Made by a program: the position numbers and the translations under genes | The notes under the pieces: generated by a model | Databases searched by the model: none | What the model was told of the DNA's origin: nothing | Seen by the model: the letters and a program-made list of their open reading frames with translations, nothing else | Shown here: one piece after another, positions 10,061-24,152 of the stretch | Position numbering within the stretch: the first letter of the stretch is position 1 | How the letters are laid out: each line of letters begins with the position of its first letter | From: Lama guanicoe | Lineage: Eukaryota | NCBI GenBank assembly: GCA_013239625.1 | Contig: MU055362.1 | Coordinates: 7,346,634-7,410,633, forward strand | DNA: 64,000 nucleotides | Direction of reading: 5' to 3'

Positions 10061-13000
10061 AATGCACTAAGTCACTTGATGGTTTTCACATTCCTGTCTG
10101 AGACAAGCTGGGTAGGGGAGAACAAACATGCTCTCGTATGCACAGACTCCATCCACAAGACCTAAGAAAGAGCCAGAAAACAGGTGAACCTCTTCTTTTA
10201 AAAAAACAAAACAAAACAAAACAAAAACACACCATACCTTCCAAAGCTTCTTGGGAAACAAGCAATTTTCAAATGTGATTTTGGTTGGTGTTGGATCTGG
10301 GGGCCATTACAATGGCAGGTGAACACCAAGACCTTGTGAGAGGTGTGAAGAGCCCGGGACACCCCAGGTTAAAATCAGGGAAGAGCATGGGGGCAAGGAA
10401 CAGAAGTGTGTGCTACCTATGGCAAGGCACATGTGGCTAAAAACAAGTAATGCAGAGCAGTTGGGTCAACAGAACCACAGGCAGTTCAGAAGCCTGAACC
10501 CTACAATCCATTCTCCACTGTCCTGTGGTCTCAGGCAGGTCATGGTGTCTCTACACCTCAGTTTCTCCATCTAAAAAATGGGCATGGAATTGTTTGCCTA
10601 AAATCTCCTGACCGATCCTCCCTCACCATCTTTCTAAACTCAAAAAGGATAGACAATGTAAACGAAGTAAAGGAAAAGAGTTACATAAGGGCCAAGAGTG
10701 TTCAGATTTGGTATTTTTTTTCCCTCCGACTGCACAGGCGATTAAAGGGTCGGAAGTCACAGGTCTACCATGTAAACTGTTAGAGACGGAGCCATCAGAC
10801 GACCCCGGAAGGACGCAAATCCAGAGGGTGAGGGGGTCCTGGCGTCCTGGAAGGGTTATCCTGAATGTAAGCCCTCATCATCAGACTGCGGCAGATCTTC
10901 AATTCAAGGGCTCTAAAAAAGTCCTTCCTTTCTCCACTGCTGGGCGCTCTCAAGACTTGGATTCTTCCGATGAGGGTCTTCTCCTTACCCCATATTTCCA
11001 CCCCCCATTCCGTGACAACAAAAGACAACGAAAAGTCCTCGCGGTCAACAAGCAACCAATTTAACGCACTTAAGTCCAGTCCACGTAGGAACCAAATGCA
11101 AGACAGACCTCGGCTTCTGTCCTCAAACTCCAACTAAAGCCATGAAGCAGGCTGCGTTTCCTTTCTGGTTTTTTTCCCCCTCTTGTCACATCTGAAAGAG
11201 GTCCATGGCTCCGGCCAGGTCTCTCTGTCCAAATTTTTACTGTCTGATCCTAGCTGTGACAAGCATGTGGAGATGCTTCGTAACGCGACACCCAGGAAGC
11301 CGAAAGGTCAAGCAGCGCCGCTGGTTCATTTTGCTTGGGGAGGAACCAAGTCCAGAGCCGGGGTGAAGATTTAGTGAGGCTGACCTTCTGGAGGCCCCCA
11401 GACCCCCCCCTGCTCACAAGTCTTGCTGCCTCAGCCAGAAGCGGCCTGCCACTCAAGTATCATCTTGCTGTAACAAATTACTCCTAACCCAGGATTATGG
11501 CTCTTTCCAAATCCCTCCTAGAGAGCTGGGAAATAAACATCCTCTCCCAGGCCTCTGCCCGGGCCGCTCCTCCTGTCGGTAATCCTCGTCTGTATCTGCC
11601 GCTCCTACAACCCCTCGTCTGGGAGGTCTGCGAGACCATCCCGGCCCCCTTTCCCTTCAGACACAGGCTGAATGTCTCAATTGTCCATTAGGCGCAGCGA
11701 AAGATGAAGGCAGCCTTTCTGTCCGGAGGAGCCTCACACAATAGCTCCCTTTGCCCACATGCTTCTCGTCTGACTGCAGACTCCACTGGCCTAAGCCCAG
11801 TCACTCACGGAAGTCCACACCCCACATTCCTCCCTCACGTTCCAGAGGGACGAGTGCGGACAGGTCACCATCAAGTCACTGGGCTCCAAGTCCACACCAT
11901 CCAGAGAGAGCAGCAGGGTTGCCCGCCCTGCCATTACGGGGACAGCACACCATGGCAGGTGGCGGGGAAGGTTGGAGGGGGGCCGGGGCGGGAGAAAAGA
12001 TCTAAAAGAAGAGGCAAGACAGCAAGCTGCAAGCGGGAAAAACTGCCTCTGATCCTGGCCTGGGGTTTCCTCTCATAAACTACCAGGAGGTATTTCGAGC
12101 ACCATCACCTCATCTGGGGAAGGAAATACAGTTCTGTCCACTTCCAAAGATTCCTGCGAAGCACCCGGATAGTCCAGGCGCTTGAGACAGACAGGGCTGC
12201 TTTGTGTTTTTAATTGAATACGGAGAGAGACACCAGAATATGCCAAGAAGCAAAGAGCAGAACAATGGATGCTGTCATCAAAGTGGGCGGTTTGAAGAGA
12301 CAGGGATCTCGGGGTGGTTTTACAGAGACTTTCTCCTTGGAGAGAGAGACACCAGCTGACAGCTCACACTCCGACACTCTCCGGGCCGGGAGAGAAACTT
12401 TCTGAAATAACTCAAAGGCACTGAGAAGACAGAAATACCCTCGTCAAAAATCCAGGCACCAAATCACATTCCTGTTTCAAAAAAAGAAAAAAGAAGGAAC
12501 ACCAGGGAAGAAATGGAGTGAGATGGCAAGACTCGCTCTGAATTGAGCGCCACCTTCAACTTCTCGTGCGTAGGCCCCAGCTGACCACCTCCCCTCGCAC
12601 GACAGAGCCACCGCGCCTCCTGAAATCACTCCTCTGCTTTTGTGGTTTTAGGCTTTAAAAGAAGTTGGCTGGGGAAGGAGCAGTAACGATCTGAAGCTAA
12701 CCACTTAGCTCATTAGTATGTCATCTGGACAGGCAAAATCAATTCCAACAGCATCAGGTTTGGTTATTCCCTCCCCCAAAGGCCTGCACTATTAATAGCA
12801 AGAAAGTTTCCCAGGCTTCGGTTTATTTGTAATCCCAACCAGCCCTGACCACAGAACCTGGCCATCTCCACTTCCAGAGCTCCCAGAAATGTGGGAGACG
12901 GAACGTCAAGTCTTAGTCTTTCGACAGCAGTGGAAAGACACGGGAGGTAGGTTAACTTAAAGGAGCAGAAAGACTTCAGGCCAAAGCAGGCCTGATCCAT

Positions 13001-13189
13001 GGAAGGGGCTGGGCGGTCAAGGGGAGGAGCTCCGCGACGTCGCTCCACACATCTAACCGGCTCCCTGCTCTCTTCCAGCCTGAGCTAACCCTGCGGACAG
13101 AGGTCGCCAGCTTCTCTCTCCATTGTGGAGTCGGCTGACAGAAACTTCTAGAAGCAGGCTGGTTAAAACCTCACTAGTTCAGACCAAGG

Positions 13190-13420
13190 TGCTACAGCGG
13201 AACGTTAAGCACACAGGCCCAGGGGCTGGAATGACTGGGTTCAAACCCAGGACCTGTGGCTTTGTACTTGTGGGGCCTTGGACAAATGGCTTCACCTCTC
13301 TAGGCCTCCAGACCCTTGCCTGCAAAGTGAGGACAATGACACAGAGACAAAAACAGTACCTCCGTCTTAGGACGGATATGAGTGAGTGATTGTGTATCCA
13401 CTACAAACGACACTTAGTGT
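13190..13420 (+). mobile_element. MIR relic
   Basis: 'ctgggttcaaacccagg...ccttggacaaatggcttcacctctctaggcctc...tgcaaagtgagga' resembles the MIR core. Confidence 0.65.
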
Positions 13421-14239
13421 GATGTGTGAGACAGAAGGCCGATGGGGTTTGTCTTCGTGGAGCAAGCAAGCTCATCTCAGGGACTAAAAGGGGGGAAAGG
13501 GAAGCGTGCGATTCATGTGACAAATACAGAAAGTCAACAGAGAGGACCAGCTGACCGTGACGCGCCATTACTGACCACATGCAGGTGGGAAGGCAAGAAA
13601 CTGCTCATCTGGGTTTTTTAAATAAATCCCTCTTCCTTTCTTCATGTACCCTGGCAAAGGACTTGGCCTTGAGAATTCAACACCAGCTGTCTAAACTGCC
13701 CACGCCTGAATGAGGGGAAGCCAAGTTCATGAGGTCCTGCCTAGTCTCTGCTCAGGTGCAGGTGACTAGACAGTCACCCCATCCGAAAGATGTTTTGGAG
13801 TTCGCCCAACTCCCTCTGCAGACACGGGGGCACAGAGCCAATCTCACCTGCCACAGGTGGAGAGGAAAACGCTAGTCCAGCAAATTCTCTCGAATGACAG
13901 TTCATGCTACACCTTGAATGCCAGAGTGTCCCAGGAGCCTTGTTCTTGCCTCCACAAAGTCCCCTTGCTCTCTTGCCGCTGGCCCACTGAGCCCCCACTG
14001 GGTTCACTGAATCTACTACTGAGAGGACCTAAAGCAGCAAAACAGGGGACATGGGGGCTGCATGCATTTAGACCAAATTCCCAGATCACATCCAGAGGCT
14101 GCTCAGACCCAGGTTCAAGCCCCAGCTCCGTAATTCCATTCACTCATCAAAGTATGTATCAAGGGCCTAGCACGTGCCAAGTGCTAACACTCAAAGAAAT
14201 CAATTTCATTAAGAAAAATTATCAAAGCAAACCATCTAA

Positions 14240-14400
14240 AAGTAGGGTGAGCTTGGGCGAATGATCTCACCTCTCTGAGCTTTACAGTTTCCTCATCTGT
14301 AAAATGGGAAGATACACAAAAGCCACTCTGATCGTCCTTGTAAGCATCACATGCTTGGCCCAGGGCCTGGCATATAACGCTTGCATATTAATTGCTATTA
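14240..14400 (+). mobile_element. MIR relic
   Basis: 'cttgggcgaatgatctcacctctctgagctttacagtttcctcatctgtaaaatggg' is the MIR core. Confidence 0.75.
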
Positions 14401-17400
14401 TTTTATCAGCTAGCTATGATATTGCTGTTAACATGATCAGTATCATCAGAATAAAACTCCTGGAGCTACTGTGTGATTCTAAATCAGCCGAAACAGTAAA
14501 TCCCCAGATATTACCCAATGCTTATAGGGAAATGAACACTTGGCCTGAAGTAAAGCAAAGTGACCAGAAACATTCCTAGTTAACCAGCCTCGCCTCTCCA
14601 GCTTACTCCCGCCCCATCCTCCAGTTCATTCATTCCCAGCCTTCTGGTCAAGTGGAATTTTCCTGTTACTGTTTGGTCTCCTCCAGGCCTGGTGTCCAAC
14701 TAGGTACACCAAAGCTCAGCCGCGGGCATGGTGTTCTAAGCCCCTCCGTCTCTTCCCTCCAGCTGGCCCTCAAACTTAGAGATGTCTTAACTGTCTGCAG
14801 CCGCAGCAGAATTCTGCTTCTCCGCTTTCATGCTCTGCAAACAGCAGACACACAAGGCACAAGCTGGCCCACAGGACAGGGGGTTGCAATGCACTAGGTC
14901 AGACCCAGCAGCAGCTGCTCCAGGGTTACCAAGAAACCACACGAAATCATCATCCAAAAGAGGTTTTACAACGTGCACACGAAACAAAAATGACAAAGGA
15001 AAAAAAAAAATCTCAAAAGTAAAAAAAACCTGCCACTTTTCTCCCAGGCCATGTCTCGATTTTTTTTTTCCTCCTCTTTCTTCAGAGATGTCAGTAAGAT
15101 TTAAAACCTTGCCTGTACGTTGCCTAAAGAGGGAGTAGACAGTCAGGACAGGGAAATTCGAAGACCTTCCTGCTGCCCCTGGCTCACCCCGCATCAGGCA
15201 GAAAAACAAGAATTAGCCACTAGCACCGTGTTTGGGGACCATCGCCAACCCCCAGTTCAGTTCAAAGACCAGTGCGGGTTTCCTCCTCCACCTCCTGTAC
15301 TTCGGGAATGGGCAGTGCAAACGTCCAGGCTGTGAATGAGCCAAGGGAGATAAACAAAAATGCCCAGAACAAACACTTGTAGGCGCAGCTTATAAAGAGA
15401 GGGAAGATGGACCAGCTGTGGTGTTGGAATCCCAGACCACCAACCACCAGTTCCCCAGAGACTCCAGGCAGTGGACCTCACCTCTCTGTGCTTCCGTCTC
15501 TTCTCCTATAAAATGGGAGCCCCAACAGCTCTTCTAATGAGAGATGCTGCCAAATCATGACTGTGGGTGGTGGCACCTGGCACAGGGCAAGTGCTCGAGA
15601 AATAAATGTCAGCTCTCTGACCACCATCCTTGTTATTATTAAGTTGATATTTGTCACATTTGGGGAATTTGGCAATAACGTCAGGAACGCTTTCATTCGC
15701 TGTTGTTATATCCAACACTACAGTTCGTCATCAGAAATCTATTTTCTAGAAGGTGGAAACAAAAAAGGCAGGCTGTGTGGTAGGAAGAGTGAAAAGCAAG
15801 CGAGAAGCAGCAGAAATCATCTAACACTTGAGTTCTTACTGTGGGAAATGCCCTCTGCCATGTCCTTTGCCCATTTTTCAGAGAAGTTTTCAGGAAACTG
15901 AGCTGGGAAAGCTTAGGCAGCCAGCCCAAGGTCACAGGATTTGGAAGTGAGGGTCAGGAGAGCAGGAAACATGTTTGTCTCCCTGTGCCCCTGTGCCAAG
16001 CGTGAATGGTCTCTTTAAGCCTCATTTAACATTCGACAAATATTTATTGATGCCAGAGCCGGGCAGGATGCTGGGTGCTAGAGACAGAAGAGATCACAGG
16101 GGCTGAGAGTCAGGTGATGTGGGTGTAAAGTCCCGGCCCTCACCCGACTTGCTGTGTGATGGTGAGCAGAGAGTTCAGCTCCCCTGACCCCCAGTTATTG
16201 GAAAAGAATTTCCCCTCACCCACCTCCCTCAAACAGTGGAAGCAGAGAGTCCCGTAAACAGTTACCCAGTGCTTGATGGCTTCTAGCAGATTCAGGATTC
16301 AGTCAAGATTGGTCCCTCTCTCCCCCCAACCCCTCCCACCTCCCCAAACAAGCCCTGGGGCATACGTCTAAATAGTGAGGCATCTGAAAAGCACTTAGAC
16401 TGTAAACTAGAATATCCGTTATAAACACAAGTTATTATTATTATTACAGGAATGCACCAGCCTCTGGCTCCTGCTGCCTCACTGCCACCGGGAACTCTGC
16501 AGAGCATGCTCCCATCAGGGAAAGCCAACCCAGTCGGTCCTCCAGCCGGGGTGGGGGGGGGCGCTTGGGAGGAGAGGGCAAGAGGGAGCTGAGCTGTACA
16601 GGATGCTTGCATTTCCAGGCAGGAAAGAGGAGCACAAAGCACTGGGTACAGACGGGATCCACACCCAGTGAGGGGGAAAGGTGGGGGAGGCAGTTCCACG
16701 GGCTTCCATGAGGGCGCCCACTACCTTCTTCCTCAGTTGTTCCCCCCATCAGCATGGCAGCCATGACATCTATCACCCAAGCCCCGTTATCAATCAGAGA
16801 AGCATTCCAGGCCCCTACAGTAGGCCAGGCCTGTCCCAGGTGATGGGGACCCGCAGGTGAGTAGCAAGGTGGCAGTGCTGCCCTCTGACCTCACTATCTT
16901 CAGGTCCAGAAGATTCATTAGTTAAAACAACACAATACACTAACTTCTTAAAAGCTTACCCTGGGGCCACAGCACTTCCCTGTATTTTTTAAGAGGCATC
17001 CATCCACTCACCACCTATTATTCCTGCTTTTAAAAGAAGGGCAAAGGCGACATTTCAGCCTGTCGCTAGCTCAAAGGTTACAATAAAGAAACCAGCAGAG
17101 TGGTTGGTTCTGGGTTGTCAAGGCCTTAACATAACGTACACCTGCCTCCCTCAATGCCCTCCACTGTTAAGCCATCGGACAAGTAAGGGGCAGGTGTCGA
17201 GCCTGGCTGAAATCCACGTGAAAATGCCCACGTGAGCACACGCACACCTGAAAATCAATATATCCAAAACACTCATCTATTTACCACTTTGAAAAAGAAA
17301 AAGAAAAGTCAACCACCTCTAGCAACGCTTTTCTCTAGGTGGGGGGATTATGGACAATTCTTTCTTACTGCTTTATACTTTCTAATATATCATTTTACTC

Positions 17401-19207
17401 CTAAAGAAAAAAATCTTAAAGAAAATGTAGTTTTCAGTCAACTAGCAGATAGCTGTAACTGATAGAGGTCATAAAAGGTGACAGAGGCCACCATGTTTGG
17501 TGACATTTAAATTGCCTGGTAACTAACTTGATGGGTCTATTACATCTGTTGGGGTCGAGCCACCACACCACTTCCCCAAAAGGACTCACGGGCCCCTAGA
17601 ACCCATGTCTGATAAACCAGAGACACCACAGCATGACATGGTTTTCCCTGGACCCTCGTGAGGACTTCTTCAGAGGTGCATCAGTCACGGGGAGAATCCC
17701 ATGCTGGGCTTCACGTGCGCTGTCCCACTGGCCCCAGAAACCCACTCTCACTCCCGTGTCGCACCTGGACGAGGCTCAGGTTCCCACCATCACACCCGTA
17801 ATAACTTTCCTCCACTTCCTGGTCCCCAGGGCTGCCTCCCAAGGGCATGTCCTGTCCCCCTCTACCTCCAGCTCCTAGCACGGCAGCTGGCGGATGCTAG
17901 GTGCACAGGAAGTGTAACTGCAAGGAACAGATGCCTGGCTGTCCACCCCGGCAAGGCTCTCACGAAGCCTGCAGGGGTGGCTGAGTCTATGGACAGCCGC
18001 CCTCCACCCATTCTCAATACCAACACATTGAGGACCTGAGAAGATGCTTCACTGCCCAACCCAGCGTTCTCAAAGCCTAAAGGACAGGAAGAATGCAGCA
18101 GAGAGCAACAGGACACATACCCCAGAGAGGGAATTTAATCTCCTCCCACATCTTCAGAGAGGCTCCTCGTCACTCACTGAGCACCTACCTGCTAGGTGCC
18201 AGGCACTAGTCAAATGCTTCCATAGGTCACGTCATCTTCACTGCCACGAATGCTGTAAAGGTATCTGTTTCCTCAGCAGTGATGGGAGATGGACTCCAAG
18301 GGCGCGGGATTAAATGACTAAATGTCTCTTAGAGACCGGCCTTTCCTCCACCCCCCGGCACTGGGCCTGCTCCATCATTTTGGTCGACAGCCCCAACACC
18401 ACTTTACGCAGCTCTCTCCAGCCCTCTTAAATCTGCTACAAATCCTGGTTTGCAAGAAGATGCATTTTTAAAGACAAAAGGAACCTCTCTGGACCTCCGT
18501 TTTCTCATTTGCAAAATAAGCATGAACATGCTCTGTCTACAAAGCTGTTCTAAGAAGGAAATGAGGCCCAATTAATAGGCCCAGCAAGGGATTTAGTAAC
18601 AATTTGGTTACTCTGTCCTTTTTCTGAGGAATAAGGTGACCAGGACAAGAATGCTTAGAATCCCCAATAACTATATGCTTTCTTAGATTCTGCAAGGTGC
18701 GTGTCCTCCAAGGAGTAGAGCGTTGGGTGGAAGGGAGAAAGTCCCCAGTGACCGGAAAGGGTGTCTCTAGGTGGCCGGCCAGCCCCTCAGCTCAAATGCA
18801 AAGGGCCACATCCAAGGGCCACACACGCCTGCCCCTCCTCCCTCCCAGCCAGACTCCAGCCAAGGAGAGAAAGGTTCCCCCTGAGAATTCCCATTTAAAG
18901 GTGTCTCAGCCGCTGTGGCACAGCTGGCATAGGAAACAGTGGGGGCAGCTGAAAAGCGTACCCGAGGGGCGCCCAGAAGAAGGATGCTTAGCTCTGGCTC
19001 CATCACTGGGCAATTTCTCTGATTCCTCGGGGGTGAAACAGGGTAACACCCGCTTCCACCCACTGCATGGGACCCTTCAACGGGGCAGTCAGGTTCGGCT
19101 CGTGGAGGAAGTCATTCAGAAGCCTCTGTGGCCCTGCCCCAGGGGGTACTACTTTGCGGGACTCAAATCTCTCAGAATTTAGGAAAATCTTATAAACTAA
19201 ATCCGAA

Positions 19208-19312
19208 GGGAGGGAAAGAGCTCAGTGGAAGAGTGCATGATTTGCATGCACGAGGTCCTGGGTTCAATCCTCAGTGTCGCCATTAAAAATAATAAATGAA
19301 TAAATAAAAAAA
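19208..19312 (+). mobile_element. Camelid vic-1-like SINE
   Basis: GGGAGGGAAAGAGCTCAGTGGAAGAGTGCATG...GGTCCTGGGTTCAATCC followed by an AAAT tail; degenerate TSD aaatccgaa / aaatcccgaa. Confidence 0.88.
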
Positions 19313-19466
19313 TCCCGAATCCCTACAAGAAATTGTTCAGGCACAGAAAACATGTATCAATTTTTGGTTTCACTACAAACTAGGATTTGAGTCATTACAA
19401 GTTGAGAATAGTATTACTAGCTATTCCATGTTAACCAGAGAGCAAGGGTAGAACAACGTAATATGC

Positions 19467-19507
19467 TGGGGGCGGGGTTGGAGGAGGGGCGGGGGGGGGG
19501 GAGGGGG
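19467..19507 (+). other. G-rich tract, putative G-quadruplex with GC boxes
   Basis: GGGGGCGGGGTTGGAGGAGGGGCGGGGGGGGGGGAGGGGG has at least four G-runs of 4 or more and two GGGGCGGGG (Sp/KLF-type) boxes. Confidence 0.6.
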
Positions 19508-20718
19508 CTCTCTGCAAACTGAAGATAAGCCTCAAGAAGTGGTCAGTCCTCCGGGTTTCTGAGCCTCGGGGCAGACAGACACCATCGAGTTTCCAGAACA
19601 CCAGGCAGCAGAGGCTGCCGGGGGCTCACAGTGGTGCTGTTGAGGGCGCATGTCTGGATCTGCGGGCAGTGGGGGGTATTTATTAATGACTAGCTACGGT
19701 TTTATTTGGGGGAGGGGGCAACCGATCCTTCTGCTGAGAAGTAGAAGGGAAACCACATTAATCTTTTTAAAAAGTTCTGGTCCGATTATTTTCTTTTCCT
19801 CCCTCCCCAGTCCTATCCCCTCCCCTCCTACCCAGACAGCTGATAAATCCAATTGCAGCCTAAGAAAGCTGGGGTGAAGAAAGGGGGAGAAAGCCAGAGA
19901 GCTCCCCTTGTTCTGCCCCACGCCGCAGGGTACCCACCTTGGCACGCCGAAGTTTTACAAAGTAATGAAATATTGATACACACGCACTTGAAGCCAATGT
20001 GAATCAACCCGGAACATTCTGCCATAGTAAAAGGTCATTCTCAATCTGTACTCTCAACACAAGCACATTTGGGTCTCCAGGAAGCAGATTCCTTAGCATT
20101 AATAATATCATTGGGTCAAGTGGAATTTAAGTTAAAAACACAACACAAGGAACACAGGCAAGGGGGGCGGATGGTAAACCCCGCCTCACCCCAGACCCCG
20201 CAGGAACGGCGGTCTCAATCGTGCAGAGTTAAGGCCGCTGCGTGTCTTTGAGCCCACCCGTCCACAATCTTGAGCAGACGATACAGTACTGATCATACTC
20301 CCTCACATCTTCTTTAGTTTTGTAAAGCAGAAAAAGACAGCAGGAGAAATGGGTTTGGCACAAGCAATAGGCACTGCCCATTCTGGTCCAGACTAATGAT
20401 AAATAATACTTCGTGCTTCTCTGGTGCCTTTCATCTGAGGGTTTCAAAGTGCTCTGCAAACATTAACTAATTATTCCTCCAGAATCCTGCAGAGATGGCA
20501 GGGGAATCAACACAGCCTGCATCCACAAAAAATTCAGGATTTCTAATGTCCAAAAATGCGCAATTCTCTCCAGGACCACGATGCCCCAGCAGACGGCAGA
20601 GGGAAGGTGGCAGCGAGGTAAGGGCAGAAGCCACTCTGCAGCTTTTTCTCTAGTTTGAAACTGTGGCTTCCTCAAGTGATGCAAAGGCGACTAGCCCAGC
20701 CGTCTCAGATAATAACCA

Positions 20719-20835
20719 GGGGTGACCATACAGTGCATGAGCCAAGCCGAGGCACTACAGGGAATGAATGGGGGCACTATTAATAACTGGCATCAAGTGC
20801 AAAGGTCCAAGGCCAAACAAGAGACTCTGACCTGT
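20719..20835. mobile_element. MER81-like hAT-Blackjack relic
   Basis: 'gggtgaccata...gggggcactattaataa' matches the recalled MER81 consensus. Confidence 0.6.
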
Positions 20836-21961
20836 GCATAAAACCTACTCATTTCAAGATCCAGGCTTAGCACAAGGATTCCTGAGTTCACACACCAACA
20901 CAGTCAACAAACAAAACTCCAAGTGCGAAGCATGTACTCCCATTCTAGAAGCATCATCGGGCCTTGAAATTAGGCCTCACAGAACTACAGACAGTCTTAA
21001 TCTGGTCCCAGCAGGAGTGATACTCAAAACAGGTAACTACGAGCAGACGGCCCTTCCACGGGACCCGCTACAGTCCTGAAGCCCCTACTACACTCTTTAC
21101 AGCCCCTGGATCATGAAGGTTTCGGAGGGGAACACAGAGCATGGCGTATCTCAGGGCTTTAAAAGCCAGTGTTTCCGCTGGATGCTAACCCAGAAACTAA
21201 CACATTCCCCGTCCTGCCACCCCCACTGCTCAGAGGCCAGGCTCTTCTGGAGATAACTCCTAAGTGTGTGCACCCCTTTTCTCACATGCTAACGTCACTC
21301 ATTTTTGCATCCAAGTTAAGTTTCAGCAACACACTCATGGGTTACGGAGAGAGCTGAATAGATAGCCTCAGTCAGCACTCACAGGTTCTCACAAATCAGT
21401 CAAAGCAGAAGAAATATGTGAATTGCTGATGAGCATTATTTTTAAGAAAAATATTTGGTATCTTCAAACACCTTTTAAAGTGACCCAAAAGAAGCAAAGG
21501 AAATATTTCTTAGACGAGATCCTTAAGGAGGCTGCAGAAAAGGTTAGCCAGGCAGGTGTTTGTATATAAAGGACCTGGGTGACTGAAGTTAACTGGTCCT
21601 CTGCTAGCTCATTACTCAATGCCCAGTAAACACTTACATCACAGAGAGAAAAAGAAATTTCAGTTTGGCGGCCCAATTACCTGTAATTCAGAAGTCCTGG
21701 GTATCCTCCTTCCTAAAATGCTTCTGCTCTGGAAACTGCCTTCCCGCTAATTCAGGTCATCGTAGCAGCACACTGCGTACCCCTAGCCCCCAGAACAGTA
21801 CCTGGCCTGCTGCAGGCACTCAGCTAATGCTGTGGACTTCATTAATAAAATAAGCAAACAATTGCGATCGTTCTCAACTCCGCTCCCATCTGTCTTTTCC
21901 AACCTATGGATGAAGCAGCTCCCTGATTCAAATTCAGCAAGGACTATCCCCACCACCAGAG

Positions 21962-22270
21962 CAGCATTTCTCAACCCTGCACCTGGGAGTCATCTGAATA
22001 TCCTTTAAACCTGCTGATGCCTGGCTCCCATCCCCCAGACATTCCGACCTAATTGGAATGGAGCATGACCCGGGCATTAGGATTTTCAGAGTTTCCCAGT
22101 GATTCTGCCATGTAGCAAAATTTGGCCTCGTACTCAAAGTATCACAGCAGCAGTAACTGAGAGGAGCTTGGGAGAAATGCAGGCTCTCGGGCCCCACCCC
22201 AGGCCCACTGTACAAGAATCTGCAGGCCCCCCGAGGGTTCATGTGCCCATGAGAATTTGAGGATGCTTTA
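21962..22270. mobile_element. Tandem MER5-family (hAT-Charlie) relics
   Basis: 'tttctcaacc...ccagtgattctg' followed by 'agaaatgcaggctctcgggccccaccccagg'. Confidence 0.7.
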
Positions 22271-24089
22271 GCACACGGCATCCCAGGGCCTTCCTGGTAG
22301 AATCCCAAACAACCTTTCTAGTTTCAGAACCACCCACCACCAGTACCACCAGCTCTCTTAACTAACTGCCCTTTGACCCCAGTATTCCAGCCACCCTGCC
22401 TTTCTGAGAATTCCATGACTCCATGCCTTTGCTCATGGGGTTTCCTCCACCTGGAATCTTCTGATCTCTACAGAAGAAAATTACTACTCACAGGTCAAGA
22501 CTTAGGCATGCAGATACCAAATGCTTACGAGAACAAGTCCCCCACACCCAACGCCCAGACTCCTAACAAGGCAATGGCACAGACTCTGGGGGCAGCTACA
22601 CCTGGATTCAAAGCCTCCCTCCACCACCAACAAACTCAGTGATCGCAGTCAAGGTGCTCAGATGCCTTTGAGCTCCAGCTGTCTTGCCTATAAAATGGGG
22701 ACCACACCATGTACCTCCTTCCCCATGTGGGGACTCACTGAGACGACGTATGTAAATCCTTAGAAGAGTAGTTTGTGAATGATTAGCGTAAGTGACTTAG
22801 AATGCAAATAACTCAAGTCTTGTCCCAACACCGTGATCCCTGAACTTTGGAATCACTTAGGGATCCTGACAGCTGCCTGGCTCTCCCACACAGTGGGACC
22901 TAGGCACTGATATTTTTATAAAAGCTCTCTGGTTTGATTCAAATGTACAGTACCTTTGAGGAACCACTGTCCTAACACCTGATGGGGAGGAGACATCCAT
23001 GGGTGGGAGCTATTGTCACAAAGTATGACACAGACACGAACCCTCTGCATCTGCTCCCGTGACCCCTCACACGGCTGCCCCACCCCGGCCACTATCACTA
23101 GAAGGCCCTACCCAGCAAACACAGAAGCGAGCTTCCACAGGCTCTGTAGGAAAACTCAAAGTTCCCAATGACCCCAAAAAGCCCCAATGGTGCAATCCAG
23201 CAGATGAGATGGGGAACAATGAAAATGGAGCCCACAGGGGCCCAATGGTGACTCACAAGGATGAAGTTAAAGGAGACCAAGCAGAGATTTAAGACCCCCA
23301 AGCGAAAGGTAAATGGACACGTGCACTCACCCTTATGGTCTCCCTCAATTACCTAAAAGAACAGCCCAGGCTACAGAACGGGTCTGGAGAAAGCCTTCCA
23401 TCTCTCCTTCACCTCTTCCCCCAGGGGACTCGACAGGTTTTCTTAAACGTATGAAAGGGTCTGTCCAGGAATGCTAGCTTCAATTCACCATCCGCTAAAG
23501 AACATACCTTGAGAAGCTAAACAAATGTGACAATGGCCCTTTACAGCTTTAAGCTGAGCAAAAAACATGCATCTCAGGGAAGCCAGTCTGGGCATCCAGC
23601 TCAAGGAATTAGGGCAAGGAGCAGCACTTCCCAGAGCAGCGTCTCCTCAACACCCTCAGGATGTATCACTGGAGCTCTGGAGACCCCTCCCCCGAGGCTG
23701 GCATCTTGTGTTTTCTGGGGAATTTCCAGAAGCCCATGCCTGTCACTGGCAGGAGCCACCTTTTCAACAAGGCACCAAATGGACATGTATAATGAATGCA
23801 GGGGAGAGTCTCAAGGGCTGAAAACCTAGAACAACAGGGTACTTGTACCAACAACTCTGAACAAGAAGTGGCAGGGATTTGCCAAGACCTTCAGAAGGTA
23901 ACTCAGCCTGGGGTGATCACGGGCTGCCCCAGCCAGCTTCATCATCCACCTCGAGAAAGGGTGACAACTCAAAAAACTGTAAGGACTCAGAGAACATGTC
24001 TACAGATTTAGTGATGCAGCACAAAAAGTGATGGAGGAGAAACCCATCTAATTGGGAATGAATTCGAGTCACCATAAAACTGATTTCCA

Positions 24090-24152
24090 CACTGGAATTT
24101 GACACAATATTGTAAAATGACTATAATTCAATAAAAAAAAAAAGTTTAAAAA
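24090..24152 (+). mobile_element. Extremely 5'-truncated L1 tail (about 63 bp) with perfect 14-bp TSD
   Basis: 'gacacaatattgtaaaatgactataattcaataaaaaaaa' flanked by aaaactgatttcca at 24076-24089 and 24153-24166. Confidence 0.85.
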
